Shown here: one piece after another, positions 24,093 to 30,738 of the stretch
How positions within the stretch are numbered: position 1 is the first letter of the stretch
How the letters are laid out: each line of letters starts with the position of its first letter
From: Kiritimatiella glycovorans
Lineage (GTDB): Bacteria > Verrucomicrobiota > Kiritimatiellia > Kiritimatiellales > Kiritimatiellaceae
Assembly: GCF_001017655.1 (NCBI RefSeq)
Contig: NZ_CP010904.1
Span: 1,860,001 to 1,892,000, forward strand
Direction of reading: 5' to 3'
DNA: 32,000 nt
Made by a program: the position numbers and the translations under genes
Notes under the pieces: generated by a model
Databases searched by the model: none
What the model was told of the DNA's origin: nothing
The model's input: only the letters and a program-made list of their open reading frames with translations

Positions 24093-24596
24093 TCAATGAT
24101 GCTCATGTCCGTGTCCATGGTGATCGTCCGTGTGGATGAAGGCGGCCGCCGCGATGTGAGGCCGCAGCCATTCCTTCAAAGCGTTGTCGTCCTGGTAGCC
24201 CAAGCGTCGATCAGTGGACTTGCCGCCGACATAGAGGCGCGTGTCCGGTATGGCCTCCACACCGCTTTCGCGGGCGAGAGCCCTGTGAGTGTCCGTGTCG
24301 ACCAACACAACACGCATGGTGCCCGGCAAGGCGTCGGCCAGGCGATGCAGATTCGGCTTCAACGCCCGGCAATGGCCACATGCTTCGCCCCCATAGCTCA
24401 CCAATACAAGGGGCGTACCGGTCAGCAGATCGTCCAGATTCGCGTCTTCGGCCAGCTCCACGACGTGCGCACTGGGAACCACCTCGCGCGCGGCCTTCTG
24501 CCGGTGCAACTGCACAACGACGATCACCGCGAAGGCGACCGCCGTGATCACGAGGATGCGGACGGCGCGGAACAGGATGCTTTTCTTCGTTGTCAT
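24093..24596 (-). CDS. membrane-anchored thioredoxin-fold protein with CGHC active site and His-rich tail
   Basis: N-terminal anchor ILVITAVAFAVIVVV with a basic cytoplasmic side. VLVSYGGEACGHCRALKP, cis-Pro region EAIPDT, C-terminal HTDDHHGHGHEHH. Confidence 0.8.
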   Translation of the reverse strand: MTTKKSILFRAVRILVITAVAFAVIVVVQLHRQKAAREVVPSAHVVELAEDANLDDLLTGTPLVLVSYGGEACGHCRALKPNLHRLADALPGTMRVVLVDTDTHRALARESGVEAIPDTRLYVGGKSTDRRLGYQDDNALKEWLRPHIAAAAFIHTDDHHGHGHEHH

Positions 24597-24605
24597 TTCA
24601 TCAAC

Positions 24606-25742
24606 TCACAAACTCTCAGGCTTTTCCGGGCCGCCATTCAGGATCATGAAATAACTGTAGTCTTTCCGGGCATGGCGCCCCAGGAGGTCTTTGACGAGTC
24701 CCTGCCGAATCTGGCTCATCTCGTCCTTTGGAAGCGTTCCGGGGTTCGTTTTCCCTTCGAAGAAACGTTGCAAACGGGCCTTGGTGTCGTCATCGTAGGT
24801 GAAAACGATTCGCTTCCCGTCAGATAGCCGTTCGGCGAAAAAGACCATCGCCTTCGGCGAGGGGCCCAGAACGCCACGCTCGCGGGAAAGCCGACGGCCT
24901 AGAATCAGTTCAAACGCATCCCAGATGCCCCCCATCTTTCCTTTGCATTCGATGCGCAGATCGTCCATCAGCGGCACTTCGTCGCCGTACAGCTCGCGAA
25001 TGGCGAAATCCATGGCCAGGAATCCGCTCAGTGCGCCAGGGCAAAGCCCCGCCTGAGGCAGTTCGAAATCCACCCTCTTGCCGGCCTTGACCTTTTCCTC
25101 TGCCACGGCCACGAGGGCGCCCATTTTACTCTGGGCATGGTACTGCAGGCATTGCATCAGGGAGGTGGTTCGCACCATACCGAGGACGTTCCTGACCGAT
25201 ACCGTCTTGTCCGCCAGCAACCGTTTAATCTCCTCCGTGAAATGCGCCTTCAACGGAAGCGTCCATTGCGGATGCAAAATCAGATCAGAACTTTCGGACG
25301 CAGTTTCACCGAATTTGGCGTCCGCGGCACCGGCCGGGATAATCGGGCTTGCCAGAGCGGACAACTCGGGCGCGGACTCACCGGCCTTCAGCACGATCCC
25401 ATCGCGTTCAACGGAATGTCCCGGTTCATCGTCGACAAAGCGGACCACATAGGGCTCCATCATCTTCGGGCACTGCAGTGCGCCTTCCGCGTTCAACGAA
25501 CCCTTCCACAGGACTTCGCCATTGGTCTTTGATTTCAACAGTATCGGCGCGCCCGCCCCCGATTCGCCGTCCGAAAAGCCTACGGTGACCGTGAACGTTC
25601 CATTCTCGTGGTCCTCGATCATCATCAGCGGCTTGTGGGCGTACGCTGTCGCGGCCAGCATGGCCAGAAGCAGCAACGGCAGGCCTCGGCGAAGTATTCC
25701 CTTGCCCGTGTTTTTGTATGGTTTCAGCACCTTAGTCTCCAT
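24606..25742 (-). CDS. secreted two-domain protein; C-terminal domain tentatively FmdE-like
   Basis: ATG at 25742 (METKVLKPY). Signal peptide LPLLLLAMLAATAYA|HKP. GLCPGALSGFLAMDFAI, then IECKGKMGGIWDAFELILG and KAMVFFAERLSDGKRIVFTY, resemble FmdE/FwdE family motifs. This comes from memory only. Confidence 0.6.
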   Translation of the reverse strand: METKVLKPYKNTGKGILRRGLPLLLLAMLAATAYAHKPLMMIEDHENGTFTVTVGFSDGESGAGAPILLKSKTNGEVLWKGSLNAEGALQCPKMMEPYVVRFVDDEPGHSVERDGIVLKAGESAPELSALASPIIPAGAADAKFGETASESSDLILHPQWTLPLKAHFTEEIKRLLADKTVSVRNVLGMVRTTSLMQCLQYHAQSKMGALVAVAEEKVKAGKRVDFELPQAGLCPGALSGFLAMDFAIRELYGDEVPLMDDLRIECKGKMGGIWDAFELILGRRLSRERGVLGPSPKAMVFFAERLSDGKRIVFTYDDDTKARLQRFFEGKTNPGTLPKDEMSQIRQGLVKDLLGRHARKDYSYFMILNGGPEKPESL

Positions 25743-25807
25743 TCTTTCAAGTGGTTGAGCGAGCGGGGCGGCCCGCGGCGGCCGCCCCGCCAACGCCTTT
25801 GGTTTAT

Positions 25808-26644
25808 CTATGGGTTCAGCGGCTTTCCGCACATTACTCCGATCAGTTTCGCGGGCTGGATCCCGTCCGTATCGTCGTCGTCCACCAGGAAGTGCGCGGT
25901 GTAGTAGGCGAAGTTGACCTCATTGCCGCCTTCGGCATCCTCCGTCGGCACGGGCGCCTGGCCCTCCATGGAGATACCGAGTTCGACGTTGCCCTTGGTC
26001 CAGTCGGTATTGTCACCGCTGCCGGCCTGCCAGTCGATGGTGGGCGTTACCCAGCAGGGAATGATGACCCCGTCACTGGCCCCGCCGTTCATGTCCGTGA
26101 CCCACTCGTCCAGCGCACGTCCTTCGAACGTGATCTTGCCCTTGCCGGTACTTCCGACGTGCGGCGTGAAGTGCTTGTGCAGCCACTGCTCGCCGTCGGG
26201 ATTGCAGGACATAACCACATAGTCGCCAACCGCCAGCGTTCGGGAATTGAAGCCGCTGTCATAGCAGAGGCTGGTAATTCCGGCCGCATTCAGCGAGGCG
26301 ACCATGTTCGTGGTCAACGGCTGAATCGATGCTGGCTTCGGCCCGCCCCCGTTGCTGATGTTGAACGCCATGGACTTCTGCATGCCGGGCATGCGTCCGC
26401 CGCTGGCCGCATTCGTCAGACCACTGTGCATGTCGTTGGGATATTTGCCCGTGATCTCTTCGTACTGGTACAGCGTGCGGATCGTGCCCGCCTTGTTGTA
26501 CTGGCTCACATCCATCATGGACTCCCGCCGATCGGCCGTGAGCTTAGGCAGGACGAGAGCGACCAGCGCGCCCATCAACCCGATCACGATCAACAGTTCA
26601 ATGAGCGTGAACCCGCTTTTCTTGTTTCGCTTCTTCGTATTCAT
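25808..26644 (-). CDS. prepilin-type N-terminal cleavage/methylation domain protein (pilin paralog B)
   Basis: MNTKKRNKKSG|FTLIELLIVIGLMGALVALVLP. GAGGAAAG SD. 4 Cys. The C-terminal ITPTIDW..GDN.DWTKG..FAYY..LNP block is shared with paralog A. Confidence 0.9.
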   Translation of the reverse strand: MNTKKRNKKSGFTLIELLIVIGLMGALVALVLPKLTADRRESMMDVSQYNKAGTIRTLYQYEEITGKYPNDMHSGLTNAASGGRMPGMQKSMAFNISNGGGPKPASIQPLTTNMVASLNAAGITSLCYDSGFNSRTLAVGDYVVMSCNPDGEQWLHKHFTPHVGSTGKGKITFEGRALDEWVTDMNGGASDGVIIPCWVTPTIDWQAGSGDNTDWTKGNVELGISMEGQAPVPTEDAEGGNEVNFAYYTAHFLVDDDDTDGIQPAKLIGVMCGKPLNP

Positions 26645-26664
26645 TCTGTTCTTTCCTCTGTTTA

Positions 26665-26740
26665 CCGATGACCAATGACCAATGACCAATCACTAATGAC
26701 CCATGACGCGCCGCAGGCGCAAATGACCAATGACCAATCA
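26665..26740. repeat. TGACCAA heptamer arrays flanking a small GC stem
   Basis: ccgatgaccaatgaccaatgaccaatcactaatgacccatgac-gcgccgcaggcgc-aaatgaccaatgaccaatca. Confidence 0.85.
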
Positions 26741-26745
26741 GGAGA

Positions 26746-26775
26746 GGCGCCGGGGGCGTGGAAGCCCCCGGCGCC
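26746..26775 (-). terminator. perfect 12-bp GC hairpin between the two pilin paralogs (terminator/attenuator candidate)
   Basis: GGCGCCGGGGGC-gtggaa-GCCCCCGGCGCC, 16 nt downstream of the pilin A stop. On the mRNA strand it is followed by tctcctgattggtcatt, only moderately U-rich. Confidence 0.4.
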
Positions 26776-26790
26776 GGGTTTGGGTTTACG

Positions 26791-27591
26791 TTACGGATTC
26801 AGCACGCCGCATTCAGGGCATGAGGTGCCGATCAGTCGGGCCGCTACTGCTGGAGCCTCGTCGTAGACCTTGAAGTAGGCCATGTAGTAGGCGAACTCCA
26901 CCTCTTCGCCGCTGGCCGCGGAGACCGGAATCGGGCACTGGCCTTCGAGGCTGATGCCGTAATTGACCGCACCCTTGGTCCAGTCGAGGTTGTCGCCGGC
27001 ACCGCCCGACCAGTCAATCGTCGGCGTGATCCAGAGGCACACCACTGTGCCATTTGTCGTATCCCAGCCAGGCGTACCGGTGGCGGTTTCCCAATCCGCG
27101 ACAGTGACGCCGTCGAACTGGTACTGCGCCGGCGTATCATCCAGCCAGTTGGTCGTGCATCGCGCAACGTGAACGCCGGCAGCCAAGTTTGTGACTTGAT
27201 AGCCAGTACCATAGGCAACCGTGTCGATACCCGCCGCGTTCAGCGAGGCCACTTCGTTCGTCGATAGCCCATAGCGGGTCGAGTCGATCTGACCGATCAT
27301 GTTGGTATGCTGCGCTTCCGGCAGCCCTTTAATAGCTGACGCCGTCGAACCCGTGCCATCCAGCCCGTTGTGCATGCCGTCGGGGTACTTGCCGAACATG
27401 TCCGCGTACTGATTCAGCACGCGGACCGTTCCGGCCTGGTTGTAGTCGCAAACGTCGCCCATGGCTTCTTCCCGATCCGCCGTGAGCTTGGGCAGGACGA
27501 GAGCGACCAGCGCGCCCATCAGCCCGATCACGATCAACAGCTCGATCAAGGTGAAACCACCCTGACCCTTCTTCGTCTTTTTCGTACTCAT
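26791..27591 (-). CDS. prepilin-type N-terminal cleavage/methylation domain protein (pilin paralog A, likely major subunit)
   Basis: MSTKKTKKGQGG|FTLIELLIVIGLMGALVALVLP. AAGGAAGAG SD. 6 Cys. First gene of the filament cluster. Confidence 0.9.
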   Translation of the reverse strand: MSTKKTKKGQGGFTLIELLIVIGLMGALVALVLPKLTADREEAMGDVCDYNQAGTVRVLNQYADMFGKYPDGMHNGLDGTGSTASAIKGLPEAQHTNMIGQIDSTRYGLSTNEVASLNAAGIDTVAYGTGYQVTNLAAGVHVARCTTNWLDDTPAQYQFDGVTVADWETATGTPGWDTTNGTVVCLWITPTIDWSGGAGDNLDWTKGAVNYGISLEGQCPIPVSAASGEEVEFAYYMAYFKVYDEAPAVAARLIGTSCPECGVLNP

Positions 27592-27856
27592 TCTGTTCTC
27601 TTCCTTCATCTTTCTCGGCACCATCATGGCGCCTTCGTTCTTGTGGACGGCTCCCGCTCGGTCAGCCCGCCCGATATGTCTTGCGAGTTCAATGGCGCGG
27701 GAACCGCTCCCGCAACCGATGTCTCACTCGATACGCAGCTCCTTTCCGGTCATGGCCGCCCCGCGCCTCGCGGGGCCGGCCTTCCACCGGCGTTCGTTTT
27801 CGCCTGTATTCTTCAACCCTGGCGGGCGCCACGCCCGCTCTGTATTACATCCTTGA

Positions 27857-27937
27857 GATTCACCACGGAGACACGGAGGCACGGAGAGAAATGCAGAGCT
27901 TCTCTCCTGTTCTCCGTGCCTCCGTGTCTCCGTGGTA
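27857..27937. repeat. PAL-B palindromic element
   Basis: gattcaccacggagacacggaggcacggag - 25 nt - ctccgtgcctccgtgtctccgtggta. Confidence 0.85.
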
Positions 27938-27941
27938 GGTC

Positions 27942-28181
27942 TCATTTTCTCCCCGGCCCGGTTTCTTTGCGCGGCGACTCGTGGCACGGGCATTCCTCGC
28001 CCGTGGGGCAATCGCACGGCACGACGAAGCGGTACTGCTTGCCGCACTTGATCAGCACTTCCTTCTCGTGCTTGCGCAGAAAACGGATCTCGATGCTCAT
28101 GTCGCCGTATCCGCTGTGCGCGAACAACATGCGATAGAGTTCCTCGATCCGCGCCAGCACGGCGTCATGCGACGATGGCAT
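27942..28181 (-). CDS. small protein with C-terminal CDC..CPC motif (weak YezD/DUF2292-like resemblance)
   Basis: 79 aa with AAAGGAG SD, 30 nt downstream of the DtxR-family gene. GYGDMSIEIRFLRKHEKEVLIKCGKQYRFVVPCDCPTGEECPCH. Confidence 0.55.
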   Translation of the reverse strand: MPSSHDAVLARIEELYRMLFAHSGYGDMSIEIRFLRKHEKEVLIKCGKQYRFVVPCDCPTGEECPCHESPRKETGPGRK

Positions 28182-28211
28182 GGGCTCCCACTCCTTTCCT
28201 GCAAATCAAAG

Positions 28212-28646
28212 TCATGCGTCGCCCCCTGATCCACCAGGCTCGCGCATGGGCGTTCCGTTCTTGTCATTGGCCGCGACGAACTCGAGCAGCCGGTCCGTGA
28301 CCTGCTTGGAGACCCCGTGCTCCAGACGGCAGGCCGTGGCATCGGCTTCTTCCTCCTCAACACCCAGCGTACCGGTGAGGAATGCCTTCCATGCCCCGTG
28401 CCGCCGCGCCACGCACCCAGCGACCTGCTCGCCTTCGGGCGTCAGCGTGACGTAGCCATACGATTCGTGTTCCACCAACCCCCGCTTCTGGAGCGCATGC
28501 AGCGCGCCGGAGACCGAGGACCGGCTGACGTTCAGCCGGGCCGCGATGTCCTTGGACCGCGCGACCGAACGCTCCCGCGTCAAGGCGAAGATGGCCTCCA
28601 GGTAGTCCTCCTGACTGCCGCTCACGCTGTTATTCGTTTCCTGCAT
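28212..28646 (-). CDS. DtxR/MntR-family metal-dependent transcriptional regulator
   Basis: SQEDYLEAIFAL, HTH ARSKDIAARLNVSRSSVSGALHALQKRGLV and VTLTPEGE are typical of the iron-dependent repressor N-terminal and dimerisation domains. ATG at 28646 (the track start at 28652 is TTG). Confidence 0.88.
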   Translation of the reverse strand: MQETNNSVSGSQEDYLEAIFALTRERSVARSKDIAARLNVSRSSVSGALHALQKRGLVEHESYGYVTLTPEGEQVAGCVARRHGAWKAFLTGTLGVEEEEADATACRLEHGVSKQVTDRLLEFVAANDKNGTPMREPGGSGGDA

Positions 28647-28685
28647 CGCCAATCCAATCTCCCGATGACCTTCCCGAAGGCGCTA

Positions 28686-28846
28686 GGCGCCGCCGCGCGA
28701 GTTCGTCGTTGCACACAGAGTGCGGCTAGGCGAACTCGCGGGGCCAAAAAAAGGCGCGTGCGCCGACCAGCATCTTTTCCGCCTTTCATGTTCGTCGCGC
28801 CAAACATAATACGCCCCGCCACACTACGTCAACAACTTTTTTTCAC
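28686..28846 (-). promoter_or_regulatory. promoter plus conserved leader module, copy 1 (upstream of the DtxR-family gene)
   Basis: On the minus strand: A-tract, TTGACG (28827-28832), TATTAT (28806-28811, 15-nt spacer), then a leader with hairpin 28699-28737. Near-identical copy at 31673-31830. Confidence 0.55.
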
Positions 28847-28869
28847 CTTTTTTCGACCGCTGCGTTTGC

Positions 28870-29006
28870 GTCATTGGTCATTGGCCATTGGTCATTTGCG
28901 GGCTTCGCCCACAGTCATCAGTCATTGGCAGCCAACGGAAAGCAATGACCCGCAACCAATGACTAATGACCATTGACTACTGACCAATGACCAATGACTA
29001 ATGACC
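28870..29006. repeat. long inverted TTGGTCA heptamer arrays
   Basis: gtcattggtcattggccattggtcatttgcggg ... cccgcaaccaatgactaatgaccattgactactgaccaatgaccaatgactaatgacc, ending 5 nt before the DUF2325 gene stop. Confidence 0.85.
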
Positions 29007-29010
29007 TCCC

Positions 29011-30180
29011 CTACGCCGCCCCCATCAGCACCGCTTCCAGCGCCGTCGGACTCGTCTCTCGCAGAGCCATGAATTGTCTTCCCGTCTTCTTGCACAGTCC
29101 CTTTACGACCTTCAGTGCGGAGTGGCTGTTGACGCGGGTGATGAAGATCACCAGGTCCGCCTGACACACCGCCGTCCTCAACCTGTGACAGCCGCCTTGA
29201 CAGTCGCCGTTATGGAAGAGGAACTGGCCGCCCATGGCTTCGACCACGCGGCGGTAATGCGGCTCCAAGCGATCCAGACCACCGATTACCGCAACGTGCA
29301 TGGCATCGAGCGGACAGGGATCTGCTCCCGAGGCGGCGCAATGGGCCAGTTCGGTTTCGCAGGCTGGAACGGCGCATGGCGGCGGCGGCTCCTCGCCGAA
29401 CGTGGGCGCGCCGGACTTGTCGGACAAGTCCAACAGATCGGACTCGGCCGGTGCTCCCGCAGACGTCATGACCGCAGGTTGCTGCCGCACTTCCTCCAAC
29501 TCATGCTCCAGAATGCGGATGCGCCTGAGCAGTGCCGCCTCGCGGTCCGGTTGCGCCTCCAGTTCGGCGATGCGCTGCTCGTGACGGCGGCAAGCGGCCT
29601 TGAGATCGTCCGATTCGCGCTCAGTTTGCCGGAGTCGCTCCCGGAGCGCGTCGGCCGCCGCCTTCTGCTTCGCCAAACTTGCCCGCGCCTTGTTCTCCGC
29701 CATCTCCGCGGCTTTCGCCTGTTCCGCTTCCCGCAGCGATTCCAGAGAGCGTTGACGGGAATCGCGGAAAGCACCGTAGGCGATCTGGTGAACAAGATAC
29801 ACGCCCAGGTGTTGGAACGACTCGCGGGGATCGGTGAGCAACGCCCACATGATTCCTGCCGGCGTCTGCTTGATCCAGTCTTCGAGCTGCGCCAGGATCC
29901 GATCCTCCGATCCCTCCTCCGTAGCCCTGACGATTTGGATGATCCGCGTGTACCGTTCGTTGAGGAGTTTGGTCAGGCGCTTCGGCAGCAGGCCGCCTTG
30001 CTCGTGACAGGCCTTGTGCAGCAGGTAGAAGCCGAAAGACGAATCAACACGCTTGCCCTGCTTGGAGAGATTGAACTTGCGGCAGAGCTTGCCCACGTTC
30101 TTTGCATCCAGAGCGAAGCCGAGGACCGTGCAGATGGCAATACAGTCCAGCGACCAGATGTGTTGATTGTCGTTGCTCAT
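29011..30180 (-). CDS. DUF2325 domain protein with N-terminal Cys-containing domain and central coiled coil
   Basis: C-terminus VAVIGGLDRLEPHYRRVV...ADLVIFITRVNSHSALKVVKGLCKKTGRQF matches my recollection of DUF2325. The centre is about 90 aa of E/A/R/K heptad-like sequence. The N-domain is paralogous to 4317..4940. Confidence 0.75.
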   Translation of the reverse strand: MSNDNQHIWSLDCIAICTVLGFALDAKNVGKLCRKFNLSKQGKRVDSSFGFYLLHKACHEQGGLLPKRLTKLLNERYTRIIQIVRATEEGSEDRILAQLEDWIKQTPAGIMWALLTDPRESFQHLGVYLVHQIAYGAFRDSRQRSLESLREAEQAKAAEMAENKARASLAKQKAAADALRERLRQTERESDDLKAACRRHEQRIAELEAQPDREAALLRRIRILEHELEEVRQQPAVMTSAGAPAESDLLDLSDKSGAPTFGEEPPPPCAVPACETELAHCAASGADPCPLDAMHVAVIGGLDRLEPHYRRVVEAMGGQFLFHNGDCQGGCHRLRTAVCQADLVIFITRVNSHSALKVVKGLCKKTGRQFMALRETSPTALEAVLMGAA

Positions 30181-30246
30181 GCGATCAGCCCAACGCGGCC
30201 TGCGGCCGCTGGACCGCAGCCCAAGAAATATCCTCGAATCCGCGAA

Positions 30247-30331
30247 GACTCACCACGGAGGCACAGAGGCACAGAAAACTCGCCTCCGCCCACCGCGCGT
30301 TCTCCGTGTCTCTGTGTCTCCGTGGTTCAAC
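30247..30331. repeat. PAL-B palindromic element
   Basis: gactcaccacggaggcacagaggcacag - 27 nt - ctccgtgtctctgtgtctccgtggttcaac, between the DUF2023 and DUF2325 genes. Confidence 0.85.
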
Positions 30332-30360
30332 TGTTTCTACATCCTGCGCTCTCGCGTGGG

Positions 30361-30738
30361 TCATGCGATCATCCTTTCCACGAATGGGGCTTCCTGGGGC
30401 GTACTCCGTGGCGGTTCGCCGCCGGCGCGCGCCCGCTGGAGATAGCGGTCGCACTGCTTGATGCGGTCGTAGCCCAGCATGATCCCGAGCATGAAGTCAT
30501 GTTCGGGGCTCAGGCTGGAGAGATTTTCGCAACCGATCCGCCGCACCACATCTACGCAAGCCGCATTGCCGAAGAACACGTTCACGCGGGTCTGTCCGAC
30601 CGGGCAGACGAGGTAGTCAATGCCGCATTTCCGCAGCTTTGCTTCCATGAACTGGCGTTGTTCGGCAGCCCCGGTGAAAAGCACCAGATTGCGCAGTCCC
30701 TTCCTGTATTCGTAGATGTGGTGCAGGAAGACCTTCAT
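30361..30738 (-). CDS. DUF2023 family protein
   Basis: True start MKVFLHHIYEYRKGLRNLVLFT at 30738 (1-nt TGATG overlap with the flavodoxin stop). About 125 aa, as in flavodoxin-linked DUF2023 proteins. Confidence 0.7.
   Translation of the reverse strand: MKVFLHHIYEYRKGLRNLVLFTGAAEQRQFMEAKLRKCGIDYLVCPVGQTRVNVFFGNAACVDVVRRIGCENLSSLSPEHDFMLGIMLGYDRIKQCDRYLQRARAGGEPPRSTPQEAPFVERMIA

Noticed and set aside
27592-27856. Search for a sigma-54 (TGGCAC-N5-TTGC) or sigma-70 promoter upstream of the first pilin gene.
   Set aside because: No convincing match. The closest, TGAGAC-N5-TTGCG, lacks the essential GG. GC hairpins are present, but their role is unclear.
28746-28765. GGCGC-ac-GCGCC followed by T7 in promoter module copy 1, as a possible intrinsic terminator or attenuator.
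   Set aside because: The loop is too small, and the stem is not conserved in copy 2 (cggcgcaggcgtg). Only the T-run is shared.
28622-28822. Conserved small ORF start MFGATNMKGGKD, shared by 28622..28822 and 31295..31792.
   Set aside because: After 12 codons the two copies differ by a 1-nt indel and the peptides diverge completely. Conservation is at the nucleotide and structure level, so this was treated as a non-coding leader.
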